64,000 nucleotides of DNA, taken from positions 1-64,000 of IMG/VR virus record IMGVR_UViG_3300019776_000961; one strand, written 5' to 3'. Origin of the DNA: a virus. Both the position numbers and the translations under genes were made by a program. The notes under the pieces are model-generated. The model was not told the DNA's origin. It made no database searches and saw only the letters and a program-made list of their open reading frames with translations. Of the stretch, positions 34,602 through 44,810 are shown piece after piece (positions within the stretch are counted from its first letter, which is position 1; the number at the start of each line of letters is the position of its first letter).

Positions 34602-35160
34602 TATCGCTTCCATCATTTGGTCTCGTTAGGTTTTCATACCACCAAAGAGGTCTCAGATTTGTGTAGTGAAAACATTTTCTTTGTTGTTCGGGAATTTTTA
34701 AATTAAAAGTATTGCATGGTATTATATGGTCTATATGCCATCCTTTTGTACCATGGTTTGTCCAGGACATACCATCTTTAAACTGTTTTTCTATATACAT
34801 TCTCGCTTCTTCAACCGTACATCCGAGCAGCTCTACTGTTTTTGCAGCTTTTTTATGTCTTTTTTTAAGAGCACCGAGTATTCTCGATCTCAATATGTGT
34901 GCAAGCTTAAAATTTGAATCTGTTTGTAATTTTTTATTAATATAATTAACACTGTAGTTGTAGCGCTGTTGCTTATTTTCTGTCCTATATTTTTTATTAG
35001 ATAAAAGCCTCTTCTCTCTATTCTGTATATAATATTTTCTCGCGCATTCTCTGCAGCGTATGGTTTTTTGATTAAATTGATCAATGGGTTTATGAACCTT
35101 GCAGCCAGGGCATACCCTATCACGAAAAAAGACACCAGAGATATATGTAGACATAAGCAT
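34579..35160 (-). CDS. HNH-type endonuclease with N-terminal Zn finger
   Basis: CPGC...CREC; WHIDHIIP...CFHYTNLRPLW. Confidence 0.75.
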   Translation of the reverse strand: MLMSTYISGVFFRDRVCPGCKVHKPIDQFNQKTIRCRECARKYYIQNREKRLLSNKKYRTENKQQRYNYSVNYINKKLQTDSNFKLAHILRSRILGALKKRHKKAAKTVELLGCTVEEARMYIEKQFKDGMSWTNHGTKGWHIDHIIPCNTFNLKIPEQQRKCFHYTNLRPLWWYENLTRPNDGSDIKLIELG

Positions 35161-35266
35161 AATTATTTATGTCTAGAAAGTGTTAAAGTTATAACCGGTA
35201 GACATAAGCAATCACCAACAAAATTTTAATTGCTTTCTAGACACATATAACATAATATATAAAAAT

Positions 35267-35392
35267 ATGAGTGGAAAAGGCAGCAAGTCGCGCATTACTG
35301 ACTTAAAGAAATATAAGGAAAACTTTCCTAAGACAACAGGCAAGACTGAGGGCTTTGTTAAAGTTAAAGGAAAGCTTGTTAAGAAGTATTAA
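35267..35392 (+). CDS. small Lys-rich protein (41 aa)
   Basis: MSGKGSKSRITDLKKY..., promoter-like sequence upstream. Confidence 0.5.
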   Translation: MSGKGSKSRITDLKKYKENFPKTTGKTEGFVKVKGKLVKKY

Positions 35393-35435
35393 TCGTTGTT
35401 GCTTTTAAAGCTTCAAGCGGTTAATATTATCGTAC

Positions 35436-35511
35436 GGGAGATTAGCTCAGTTGATAGAGCAGGTCCTTTACACGGACAAGGTCACAGGTTTGAGCCCTGT
35501 ATCTCCCACCA
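35436..35511 (+). tRNA. tRNA-Val(UAC)
   Basis: GGGAGAT/ATCTCCC acceptor; GTCC-TT TAC AC-GGAC; ACCA end. Confidence 0.88.
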
Positions 35512-35521
35512 CGATAAACAT

Positions 35522-36358
35522 ATGGATTACTCGCTTACATTTAGCATTAACAATAAGAATCGATTTAACTATAATGTCAAATCGAGAAACTTTAGGCGAG
35601 GTAAGAATGAATGTCTATTTAAGAACCCTCTCTTTACAAATGAGAGAATGCTCAAGGAAGGGTATTTGGTTCATCGCTTTCCAAAGAACTGGGCTGTACG
35701 GATTAATGACTCAATAACAGAGTACGTAAAAGAGCGTTTGAGGGATAACGGCGTAGAGCCTTATAATTTTACCCTCGACAAATATCATAACTACGTCGAT
35801 GATTATACACACCGTGGTGTTGTAGATAGCTTCCGTGGCGGCTTTTTTGGTACCGGTGGGATTCATCTTAATAAGCTCGGTATTCCGTATAAAGAACTCG
35901 ACGAATGGGTTAACGGTACAATTGGTAGTAAGGGACTCTCCTGTCATTATAAACGATACGGTATATCAATAAAGCATTTTTGGATTCGCATTGTGCGGCC
36001 GAATGTTAATGATAATAATCCACCTCATAAAGATATTCATGTAGGACGAAATAGAGATAGTATTAATATCTATCTTCCGCTCGCCGGTAGTAACGAGAAC
36101 TCATCTCTGCCTGTTATTCCGCGTTCTCATCTTGAAAACGAGAGCGAATATATCATTTCTGCTTCACCTTGCTATGTAAACAATAGGAAGTTTGTCGTAC
36201 CTGCTGTTGTACATAGAGAGCAAGGGTTAAACATGGTTACACCTAATCCAGGATTAAATCAAATCATGTTTTTTACACCGCATTTAATACACGGAGGCGG
36301 TGTTAATATTAATAAAAATCTCACGCGTGTTTCACTTGAGATGCGCTTCTTTAAATAG
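35522..36358 (+). CDS. PhyH-like Fe(II)/2-oxoglutarate dioxygenase
   Basis: PPHKD (HxD)...INIYLPL...LPVIPRSH...IHGGG...RVSLEMRF; ATG 35522 avoids the tRNA-Val overlap. Confidence 0.75.
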   Translation: MDYSLTFSINNKNRFNYNVKSRNFRRGKNECLFKNPLFTNERMLKEGYLVHRFPKNWAVRINDSITEYVKERLRDNGVEPYNFTLDKYHNYVDDYTHRGVVDSFRGGFFGTGGIHLNKLGIPYKELDEWVNGTIGSKGLSCHYKRYGISIKHFWIRIVRPNVNDNNPPHKDIHVGRNRDSINIYLPLAGSNENSSLPVIPRSHLENESEYIISASPCYVNNRKFVVPAVVHREQGLNMVTPNPGLNQIMFFTPHLIHGGGVNINKNLTRVSLEMRFFK

Positions 36359-36471
36359 GTTATTTATTCGAAACCTATAATAAAAATTTCCGGTAAAAAC
36401 TTTTGTTAAAATACCGTGAATCACTGCATGCAGCTGCTTGTAAATGTGATAAATTATATTATTATAAAGCT

Positions 36472-37443
36472 ATGATCTTCGACGAACAAATCTCACGCAA
36501 ACCTAATCACTATAAATGGACCGATGAATTCATCGAATCAATGCACAATGGATTCTGGACAGATAAGGAATTCAGTTTCAAGTCCGACGTCCAGCAATTT
36601 AAAGTAAATTTAACCGATCAAGAACGAGAAATTATCATTCGTTGCTTATCTGCTATTGGGCAAATCGAGGTAGCTGTAAAGACATTCTGGGCTAAGTTAG
36701 GTGAGAACTTACCCCATCCTTCATTGCAAGATCTTGGTTATGTCATGGCTAATACTGAAGTTATTCATAATAACGCTTACGAGAGATTGCTTACTGTGCT
36801 CGGTCTTGAAGACATCTTTGAAGAGAATCTCAAGCTTGATTGGATTCAGGGCCGTGTAAAGTATCTTAAGAAGTATACACACCGTTTCTATAAGGATTCA
36901 AAGAAGCAGTATCTTTATGCTCTTATTCTCTTTACTCTCTTTGTTGAGAACGTGTCGCTAATGTCTCAATTCTATGTTATCAATTGGTTTGCTCGTAATA
37001 AGAACGTCCTTAAGGATACCGATCAACAGGTAAAGTATACCCGCAATGAAGAGAACATTCACGGTCTTGTCGGTACAAAGATCATTAATACAATCAAGGA
37101 AGAGTATCCAGAGCTCATCGATCAAGAACTTATCGACCGTATCGTCAACGAAGCTAAAGAAGCATATGAGTCTGAAGCTAAGATCGTTGATTGGATGGTA
37201 AATGGTATTCAGGAAGAGGGTCTATCGGCTCCTATTCTTAAAGAGTTTATTAAGGACCGTCTTAATGAGTCACTCCGTGGTATTGGCTTCCCTGATGCAT
37301 TTGACACTGATAAGGAACTTGTAAGTAAGACGATGTGGTTCAACGAAGAGCTACTCGGTAATAATATGACTGACTTCTTTCATAGTCGTCCTGTCGAATA
37401 CTCGAAGAAATCTCAATCTTTCTCTGAAGACGATCTATTCTAA
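36472..37443 (+). CDS. nrdB: ribonucleotide reductase class I beta subunit
   Basis: Diiron ligands (EVAV, EVIH, ENVSL, EENIH); acidic C-tail EDDLF. Confidence 0.92.
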   Translation: MIFDEQISRKPNHYKWTDEFIESMHNGFWTDKEFSFKSDVQQFKVNLTDQEREIIIRCLSAIGQIEVAVKTFWAKLGENLPHPSLQDLGYVMANTEVIHNNAYERLLTVLGLEDIFEENLKLDWIQGRVKYLKKYTHRFYKDSKKQYLYALILFTLFVENVSLMSQFYVINWFARNKNVLKDTDQQVKYTRNEENIHGLVGTKIINTIKEEYPELIDQELIDRIVNEAKEAYESEAKIVDWMVNGIQEEGLSAPILKEFIKDRLNESLRGIGFPDAFDTDKELVSKTMWFNEELLGNNMTDFFHSRPVEYSKKSQSFSEDDLF

Positions 37444-37460
37444 GAATAAATAATTTTATT

Positions 37461-37934
37461 ATGAAATTTGATAAGCTCGCTGCTGCCTATTTGAAGGTCT
37501 TAACGGAATCACAAAGTATTGATGATCTTTCACGTAATTTTACTATTCTCGGTATACAAAACATTGAAACAGATGGACACGATACTTTCGTAAGAGATGA
37601 GTTCGGTAGAACAGCGATTGAAGTGACATTCAAATACAAGAATGATGAACCAGGTATTTTCCTTTATAAGGGAAGAAATGGTTTTTTTGAAGAATGGGGT
37701 GAAGAATTATACGCTGATACCAATGAAGGTGAAGATTGGGAAGATTTTGTTAATGCAATATTTGTCGCGATAAAGAGCAAGGGTGGAAAGAGCGAAAATG
37801 CAGAAGATAAAGAAGAAACATCACAGGAATGGGAGCTTAAGCGGCACGCTCGCGAGCAGAACAAATGGGATAAGCGTAAGGAGAGATGGGATGCTTTTAA
37901 AAAAGCAAATCCTAATTATAAAAAGAATAGATAA
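37461..37934 (+). CDS. acidic hypothetical protein inserted between nrdB and nrdA
   Basis: 157 aa; MKFDKL..YL N-terminus; TAAATA upstream. Confidence 0.65.
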   Translation: MKFDKLAAAYLKVLTESQSIDDLSRNFTILGIQNIETDGHDTFVRDEFGRTAIEVTFKYKNDEPGIFLYKGRNGFFEEWGEELYADTNEGEDWEDFVNAIFVAIKSKGGKSENAEDKEETSQEWELKRHAREQNKWDKRKERWDAFKKANPNYKKNR

Positions 37935-37983
37935 CAAAAAGAGATACTAGTATTCTCTCTTTTAGCTATTAAAATACCCTGTA

Positions 37984-39633
37984 ATGAATAAGGATATCTA
38001 TTGGCTTAATAAGGACTCGAGAAAATTTCTCAGTCGTGGTTACCTTCTAGAAGGTGAAACCGCCGAACAACGTATTAGAGATATAGCTGAGAAAGCTGAG
38101 CACTATCTCAATCTACCAGGCTTTGCAGATAAGTTTGAAGATTATATGCATAGAGGCTTTTACTCTCTCGCATCTCCTATTTGGTCTAACTTCGGTCGTG
38201 TAAGAGGTCTTCCTATCTCTTGCTTCGGTTCATACGTCAATGACGATATGGATGATATTCTTTATAAGATGGCAGAAGTTGGTGTCATGTCCAAGGTAGG
38301 TGGTGGTACATCCGGTTACTTCGGTGCTATTCGTGGCCGCGGAACTCCTATTTCATCAGGCGGTGAAGCAACAGGCGTACATCATCAACTAACGGTGTTT
38401 GAGTCATTAACAAACTATATCTCTCAGGGTAATGTGCGCCGTGGATCGTTTGCTGCTTATTTACCTATTGATCACCCCGATATTGAAGAGTTCTTGAAGA
38501 TTAGAGGTGAAGGTGATGATATTCAGAACCTCTCAATTGGTGTTTGTGTAACAGACAAGTGGATGAAGTCAATGATTGAAGGTGATAAGGAAAAGAGAGC
38601 TCTTTGGGGACAAGTTATTAAGAAGCGCTTTGAATCCGGTTACCCATATATCTTCTTTACCGATAACGCCAACAAACAAGCCCCTAAGGTCTATAAAGAT
38701 AAGGGATTAAAGATTAATCATAGTAATCTCTGTACTGAGATCATGCTCTCCAATGGTGTAGATGAATCATTTGTTTGTGATCTTTCATCACTCAATCTTG
38801 AGCGTTGGGATGAATGGAAGGAAACAGATGCTGTTGAGACTCTTGTTTATTTCCTCGATGCTGTCATGACAGAGTTCATTAATAAGACAGAAGGTATGAA
38901 GTTTATGGAGCATCCGAGAAACTTTGCTATCAGTCAAAGAGCACTCGGTGTTGGAGTTCTTGGCTGGCATTCTCTTCTTCAGCTTAAGATGATTGGATTC
39001 GAATCGATGGCAGCTAAGATGCTTAACGGCCAGGTTTGGAGATTTATTCGCGAGAAAGCAGATTTAGCTTCCGAGACGTTAGCTAAAGAATACGGTGAAC
39101 CACCGCTTCTTAAGGGTTATGGTCGTCGCAACTCTACCACTCTTGCTATCGCACCTACTACATCGAGCTCATTCATTCTCGGGCAAGTATCACCCTCTAT
39201 TGAGCCTCTTAATAGTAACTACTTTGTTAAGGATCTAGCTAAAGGTAAGTTCACATATAGAAACCCATATCTAAAGAAGCTTCTCAAGGAGAAGGGTAAA
39301 GACGATGATGATACTTGGAAGTCAATCCTTATTAAGGGCGGTTCTGTTCAACATTTAGATTTTCTTACCCAAGATGAAAAGGATGTCTTTAAAACCTTTG
39401 GTGAAATATCTCAGAAGGAGATTATTATCCAAGCTGCTACAAGACAGAAATACATTGATCAGGGGCAGTCATTAAACGTAATGATTCCACCGAATACTAA
39501 GCCTAAGGATGTCAATGAGTTGCTTATTTTTGCGTGGGAGCAAGGTATTAAGAGTCTCTATTATCAGAGATCTGCAAACCCTGCACAAGAATTAGCTCGT
39601 TCTATTCTTACTTGTGCTTCATGTGAATCATAA
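37984..39633 (+). CDS. nrdA: ribonucleotide reductase class I alpha subunit (compact, no ATP cone)
   Basis: ISCFG, GGGTSG, SNLCTEI, LAIAPT, KSLYY, C-terminal CASC. Confidence 0.93.
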   Translation: MNKDIYWLNKDSRKFLSRGYLLEGETAEQRIRDIAEKAEHYLNLPGFADKFEDYMHRGFYSLASPIWSNFGRVRGLPISCFGSYVNDDMDDILYKMAEVGVMSKVGGGTSGYFGAIRGRGTPISSGGEATGVHHQLTVFESLTNYISQGNVRRGSFAAYLPIDHPDIEEFLKIRGEGDDIQNLSIGVCVTDKWMKSMIEGDKEKRALWGQVIKKRFESGYPYIFFTDNANKQAPKVYKDKGLKINHSNLCTEIMLSNGVDESFVCDLSSLNLERWDEWKETDAVETLVYFLDAVMTEFINKTEGMKFMEHPRNFAISQRALGVGVLGWHSLLQLKMIGFESMAAKMLNGQVWRFIREKADLASETLAKEYGEPPLLKGYGRRNSTTLAIAPTTSSSFILGQVSPSIEPLNSNYFVKDLAKGKFTYRNPYLKKLLKEKGKDDDDTWKSILIKGGSVQHLDFLTQDEKDVFKTFGEISQKEIIIQAATRQKYIDQGQSLNVMIPPNTKPKDVNELLIFAWEQGIKSLYYQRSANPAQELARSILTCASCES

Positions 39634-39641
39634 ATACTCTT

Positions 39642-40004
39642 ATGAGTAGATTTACTGATTTATTTGAATCTGTACAAGAGACGCTTTCATCAAAAGAGAG
39701 CTTAATGGAGTTTCTTCATAAACGCCTTGCTGGTGCAAAGAAAATACAAGAGTCTGCTGCGAAAAAAGGTGGGTACTCTACACTTACAGCTATTCACTTT
39801 AAGGCTAAGTTTAAACCGTATAACGAATGCATGAAGCATGTAGATAAGGCTGAATTTGCTAAAAAAGCGGCAGACGAATGTTTTGAAAAGCTTAAAAACT
39901 GGGATAAAATGTCACAGCGTGAATTTCAGTCTGTAATGGGAGAACTCGAAGCTTATGGTGAAGTGTATATTAGAGAAACTAAGCCGAATAGTATCAAACT
40001 TTAA
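39642..40004 (+). CDS. hypothetical late protein
   Basis: 120 aa; TAAATA 5 nt upstream. Confidence 0.65.
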   Translation: MSRFTDLFESVQETLSSKESLMEFLHKRLAGAKKIQESAAKKGGYSTLTAIHFKAKFKPYNECMKHVDKAEFAKKAADECFEKLKNWDKMSQREFQSVMGELEAYGEVYIRETKPNSIKL

Positions 40005-40041
40005 GCTTGCAGATAATCAGGAAGCATGTAATATTGATGAC

Positions 40042-40254
40042 ATGCCTACACGCAAGAAAAAACTCACCGAACAAAAGTATACTGTTTCTGTTACCTTTCC
40101 GAAAGATATAACGTACGAGGAAAGAGAATCGATTCTTCGACGTGCTCTCTATAAGGAGGAAGAAGCTGTAAAGAAACATGGTTATAAGACCTTCAAGTAT
40201 ATTATCGTGGAGAAGACGATGAAGGGTGCTACAGTGAATTTCACTATTCGGTAA
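40042..40254 (+). CDS. hypothetical protein
   Basis: MPTRKKKL..., probable start inside the listed ORF. Confidence 0.55.
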   Translation: MPTRKKKLTEQKYTVSVTFPKDITYEERESILRRALYKEEEAVKKHGYKTFKYIIVEKTMKGATVNFTIR

Positions 40255-40255
40255 C

Positions 40256-40540
40256 GTGGACGAAGATATTAAATCAATCTTCGTTGCTGAATCACTCGAG
40301 CAACACGTTTATTATTGGTTTAAGAAGATCGATGATGAGGGCAACTCCACACTTGCACGGGTTGAGTCCTGGCGCAAACATCGCGGACCGTTTGTTAAGG
40401 ATAGAGACGATCTACGTCAGCTAGCAAAGATAATTCACGAAGGTAATAAAGAGGAAGCATGTAGCTGGATCGATAATGTTCTCGCAGATTCAGCGAAAGA
40501 GCTAGTACCTGATGATGTTTATGAGTATCTCGGACGATAA
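40256..40540 (+). CDS. hypothetical protein
   Basis: 94-aa ORF, GTG start. Confidence 0.6.
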   Translation: MDEDIKSIFVAESLEQHVYYWFKKIDDEGNSTLARVESWRKHRGPFVKDRDDLRQLAKIIHEGNKEEACSWIDNVLADSAKELVPDDVYEYLGR

Positions 40541-40669
40541 GTTTATTTTTCCTACACCTGAGGATAAAATATATTATAAACAGCTGTATGACAAGTATAA
40601 TCCAAAAGTCGAGTTGTACAATAAACCTTATCGTCCAAAAAAGAAATTCTTTAAGAAAAAACCAAGATA

Positions 40670-40894
40670 ATGAAATTTCTTGTTATTTTATTATGTATAT
40701 GCTTGCCGTCCTTTGCAGATACTAATAATATAACGCCTAATGCAATAAAAGTACCAATTGAATTGATTAATGAAAATCTCCAAAAAAATTACAACTTACA
40801 AATACATAAGGAAGCAAAATTAACCGGGACCATTTTAATCGACTACAATAGCAATTTAACAAGAACGTACACCGTACTTAAAATCGAATTTTAA
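40670..40894 (+). CDS. small secreted hypothetical protein
   Basis: Signal-peptide-like N-terminus. Confidence 0.5.
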   Translation: MKFLVILLCICLPSFADTNNITPNAIKVPIELINENLQKNYNLQIHKEAKLTGTILIDYNSNLTRTYTVLKIEF

Positions 40895-40895
40895 T

Positions 40896-41504
40896 ATGAA
40901 CGAAGACAAATTTATAGCGCGTAATCATGCACTTCTTGATAAACCAAGAAAACGTAGCTGGCTACGAAAGACTCTTAACGAGAAATTCTCTATCTACGAT
41001 ATATGGGATGTATTGCCTCGACACTGGAGATATCGTTATTGGGATACTATCGGCCTTTTTATTGAGCCTCAAAACGGACGCTACCGCAAGGTAATTCCAC
41101 GTCGTTGGGCCGATGTTTCATCGCTTATAGAAACGGTAAACTTTGAATTCGTAAAAGGTTTTTACGAAGACGAATATTTGGACGGTACTGTTAATTGGGA
41201 TGCATTTCCTGAACACCGTGAATTTGCTGATTGGCTTGAAGCTACGTACAAATACATTACAATAGAGCGGCCACAGCTCGAGAAAGACCTTGAAAACGCC
41301 TATCCACCGTCACCTCCGATTGAGGAGTGGTTTGTACCGGTTGAGGACCCTATTAAGGGCGGAAGAGTCTTTAAAATGAAAGATGACGGTTTAACCTATG
41401 AAGAAAAATACGGTGAAGTAAATCGTATTGAAGCTATTATTGACAAAAAGGATACTGAAATTTTAGCTGAAATTGTTAAGCGCAGACACTTCTTCTGGTC
41501 ATGA
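40896..41504 (+). CDS. hypothetical protein
   Basis: 202-aa Trp-rich ORF. Confidence 0.65.
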   Translation: MNEDKFIARNHALLDKPRKRSWLRKTLNEKFSIYDIWDVLPRHWRYRYWDTIGLFIEPQNGRYRKVIPRRWADVSSLIETVNFEFVKGFYEDEYLDGTVNWDAFPEHREFADWLEATYKYITIERPQLEKDLENAYPPSPPIEEWFVPVEDPIKGGRVFKMKDDGLTYEEKYGEVNRIEAIIDKKDTEILAEIVKRRHFFWS

Positions 41505-42322
41505 TAATTTATACGACATCTGCCAGTCGCTACTTCCCTTATATTAAGGATAAGTTTCGAGAAAAATATAAAGGTATCGGTTATTCAGCAGAATTTTTAA
41601 ACTGCGATTCAGATACAGAGTGGCAGGGCTTCCATCTTGGTTGTGGGAAGGTCCCTGAGTATATTACATCAGCTGATAGTATTGCTGAAGCGTATAGGGA
41701 ACGTCGTTCTCTCAAACATATAGACGGAAAGAATTATCATTACTTTGATAGTGAGATAAGAGATAACTATGAACTTGTGTACGGTATTTTAGATGTTGAG
41801 AGAGTTTATAAAGAGCCTGGTGACTATGCTTTTAGCACAATCATGCACCCTATTGATAAGGTCTATGAAAATTATTACTATATCTGGCATATTTTAAATG
41901 TAAAAGGCTTTCATAATATACCTGAACACGATGCAAAGTATTTTAGAGATCTACTCATTGCACAAGGCGGTGGTGACACACTCGAGCACTTTATTGATGT
42001 CTTTATTGAATATAAAGGGTTGATTAAGTTTTTCGGAAATTCAACATGGTGCCGAAGTGCTGCTATACAAACAGCGACTGCGGATGGTAATTGTGATTTT
42101 GTTGGTGTAGTTGATAATCCTCTCAATATTCTCAAGACGTTTCAATTTCTTAATTCTAAATTTGGTGTTGAATTACAAATAACCGATGCACTACCTCGTT
42201 ATACAAAAATTGAGGAGTATTGTAGTCAAAATACCTATAGGCGTAGAGAGCTTGAAAAAATCTTTGAGAGAGAGCTGTACGATTACTACGCAATTAAACA
42301 CAAGTATGGGTTCTTAAAATGA
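41501..42322 (+). CDS. degenerate sulfotransferase-like protein (Sulfotransfer_2-type)
   Basis: FSTIMHPIDKVYENYYY resembles FTFxRxPxxRxxSxYxY; CDFVG; ELYDY; no clear 5'-PSB loop. Confidence 0.45.
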   Translation: MIIYTTSASRYFPYIKDKFREKYKGIGYSAEFLNCDSDTEWQGFHLGCGKVPEYITSADSIAEAYRERRSLKHIDGKNYHYFDSEIRDNYELVYGILDVERVYKEPGDYAFSTIMHPIDKVYENYYYIWHILNVKGFHNIPEHDAKYFRDLLIAQGGGDTLEHFIDVFIEYKGLIKFFGNSTWCRSAAIQTATADGNCDFVGVVDNPLNILKTFQFLNSKFGVELQITDALPRYTKIEEYCSQNTYRRRELEKIFERELYDYYAIKHKYGFLK

Positions 42323-43185
42323 AAAGGTTAATTATTGATGGAAATAATCTTGTACACAGAGCTTTCTGGGTATCAAAAAACCAGCCAGTGTTTAACGAGC
42401 ATTTTCATATTCATTTGTTCCTCAGCTCAGTTAAAAACTATATCAATACTTACAAGCCTGATGTAGCGTATTGTGCGTGGGACGAAAAGCAGGACTATAA
42501 AATTAATAAGCGTAAGGAACTTTTAACAGAGTATAAAGGCAATAGAGATAAAGAACGTAATACAGAAGTTCATAGTAAGAATTACATTATCAAGGAGATG
42601 CTCGGTTATTTGGGTATACAAAACGTATTTCCGAAGTCATATGAAGCAGATGATGTAATGGCCATCTTTCATCACCTCTACCCTACCGATAAGAAGACAA
42701 TTATTACAGTAGATAAGGATATGTGTCAACTTATAGATGAAAATACTATTGTCTTTGATCCTATTAGAAAAATAGAGTTTAATTTAAGCAATTTCGAGGA
42801 GCATGTTAAATGTAAGCACGAGGATTTTGTAAAAATTAAGGCACTCACTGGCGATAAATCAGACAACATACCAGGCATTAAGGGTTTTGGTAAGGTCAAA
42901 ATAGCCAAATACCTAAACGGAGAGTATTCATTGACAGACGAAGAGCAATCACTGTTTGAATATAATATGAAGCTTGTTAATTTGTCGCTTACACTTGATG
43001 ATAGTGATGAAGTAGATTTTGTAAAAGCGCAGTTTGACAAGATACAGGAAGTTGATATCGGATCCTTTAAGCAGAAGTGTATGGATTTAGATTTTCATAA
43101 AATTTTAAAGGATTTTGATAGTTGGAATAATATCTTTGTTATGAGAACTAAATTAGCAGCTGCTATTGACTTTTTATTGCACTAA
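42319..43185 (+). CDS. 5'-3' exonuclease (T4 RNase H / flap endonuclease-like)
   Basis: LIIDGNNL, YKGNR, YEADD, TVDKDMCQL, KALTGDKSDNIPGIKGFG. Confidence 0.9.
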   Translation: MKRLIIDGNNLVHRAFWVSKNQPVFNEHFHIHLFLSSVKNYINTYKPDVAYCAWDEKQDYKINKRKELLTEYKGNRDKERNTEVHSKNYIIKEMLGYLGIQNVFPKSYEADDVMAIFHHLYPTDKKTIITVDKDMCQLIDENTIVFDPIRKIEFNLSNFEEHVKCKHEDFVKIKALTGDKSDNIPGIKGFGKVKIAKYLNGEYSLTDEEQSLFEYNMKLVNLSLTLDDSDEVDFVKAQFDKIQEVDIGSFKQKCMDLDFHKILKDFDSWNNIFVMRTKLAAAIDFLLH

Positions 43186-43233
43186 ACTACTTTCATATAA
43201 CAAAGATGTAATTTTGTCCGATTAAATATTAGT

Positions 43234-43449
43234 ATGGAAGTACTAAAGTTTGATTCAAACGTAATAAAGTGGCATGGTTATTATAATAATTCCGAGGAGG
43301 GTCAAAAGCATCTCGAAGAACAGGTAGCTATATATGCAAAAACAAAGCGCATAGTAAGCGCAAAGAAAGTATTAGTAAACAGAAAGTTACACGGATTATT
43401 TCTTTTTAGATTTACAGTTATTGTGGCTCCGCTTGAACTTCAAGGTTAG
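43234..43449 (+). CDS. hypothetical protein
   Basis: 71 aa; TAAATA 5 nt upstream. Confidence 0.55.
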   Translation: MEVLKFDSNVIKWHGYYNNSEEGQKHLEEQVAIYAKTKRIVSAKKVLVNRKLHGLFLFRFTVIVAPLELQG

Positions 43450-43466
43450 TACCCTATAATCATAGT

Positions 43467-44111
43467 ATGAAGGTTTATCTCGACATGGATGGTTTACTGG
43501 TCAATTTATTTGATACAGTAGCTATGGGAATGGTCGGAAAACATTACAAGGCGTTGACAGAACAAGAAAAAGAAAAGACTCGACAAATTTGGAGAGATCG
43601 TGAAGGTGCAGCAAAGGAGTTCTTTAATAGACACGGTGGGGTTGAGAAATTTTTTGCAGATTTACCTAGTTTTGGTCCTCTAACAAAAGCTATTATTGAT
43701 ACCGTTGTTAGAGAAGCAGGTGGTTATAGTATATGTTCATGTCCTGCAAGCATCGACCGTAAGGGTTCAGAAGCCGGGAAGAGAATTTGGATTCATAAGC
43801 ATTTAAACCCGCTGCCAGACGAAATGTCGTTTGTAACAAATAAAGCGGTAAACGCTATTAATAAAGAAACGGGTAAGCCGAATGTTCTTATAGATGATTT
43901 TCCACCCTATATAAACAATTGGAGAAATGCAGGTGGCATTGCAATAGAAATGAGAACAGATAGTTTTAATAGTCCCGAACAAGTTAGAGAATATTTAACA
44001 AAAGAATTAATTGCAGCAAGAGACCGAGTTAATGGTACAATAAAAGAGTCTGCGTTTAACAGTTTAGTAAATTCCTTGTTGCATTTCTATATAGCTTCCT
44101 TTAATATATAG
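43467..44111 (+). CDS. 5'(3')-deoxyribonucleotidase, HAD/NT5C-like
   Basis: YLDMDGLL, GKRIWI, VLIDDF...NWRNAGGIAI. Confidence 0.8.
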   Translation: MKVYLDMDGLLVNLFDTVAMGMVGKHYKALTEQEKEKTRQIWRDREGAAKEFFNRHGGVEKFFADLPSFGPLTKAIIDTVVREAGGYSICSCPASIDRKGSEAGKRIWIHKHLNPLPDEMSFVTNKAVNAINKETGKPNVLIDDFPPYINNWRNAGGIAIEMRTDSFNSPEQVREYLTKELIAARDRVNGTIKESAFNSLVNSLLHFYIASFNI

Positions 44112-44169
44112 AAATGCGCCATAATATTATTTATAGTCAAACAACCGATTTTTCGGTAAGGAGGTAATT

Positions 44170-44793
44170 TTGGGAATGTTCGATACAATTTACTGTAAGA
44201 AAAAGCTACCGCTTTCCAAGGAGCTCAAGAAGCTTAAGGATATAAAGTGGGAAGAGCTTGATTTTCAGACAAAGGACTTAGACTGCACTCTTACTGATTA
44301 TGAAATTACAAGGTCAGGAAAGCTTCGCGTACATAAGCATGAACGTGAATGGGTCGATGATGACAATGCCTTTCTTAAGGGATATTTGAAGTCTACTAAG
44401 GACTGGTGGGAGGATGAAACCTTTACCGGTACTATTGATTTTTATACCAGCTTGACAACAGGTCCAGAAGGTGTTAATATACTAAATGCTCATAATATCC
44501 CTGAAAATGAAGATATTCAAGGTGATGATTGGTGGGTTGAATTTACCGCAGAGTTTGTAAAAGGAAAGCTAACTGAACTTAAGCTTCTGAAGGCGACTTC
44601 TGAACCCGCTAAGATTCGCATTATGCGTGACCGTGAATGGGCTCTAGAGAGAATTGCAGAAGAGAAACTTCTTAAAAACCGAATTCGTCGTTTCTTGAGA
44701 AAGTCAAAAACCTATTGTAAGTTTACAAGGAGTCTTAATAACAATTTTCAAAAACTCTCTAGTAAGATACAACATTTTCTTATTAGACTCTGA
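44170..44793 (+). CDS. conserved phage hypothetical protein
   Basis: GMFDTI...FQTKDL motif. Confidence 0.6.
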   Translation: MGMFDTIYCKKKLPLSKELKKLKDIKWEELDFQTKDLDCTLTDYEITRSGKLRVHKHEREWVDDDNAFLKGYLKSTKDWWEDETFTGTIDFYTSLTTGPEGVNILNAHNIPENEDIQGDDWWVEFTAEFVKGKLTELKLLKATSEPAKIRIMRDREWALERIAEEKLLKNRIRRFLRKSKTYCKFTRSLNNNFQKLSSKIQHFLIRL

Positions 44794-44810
44794 TCTTTAA
44801 TAAATATTTT

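Noticed and set aside
35396-35521. N-terminal part of the 320-aa ORF
   Set aside because: Runs through tRNA-Val; the real start is likely ATG 35522.
37461-37934. Intron or intein splitting the RNR genes
   Set aside because: nrdA and nrdB each look continuous; the intervening ORF has its own promoter and no endonuclease motif.
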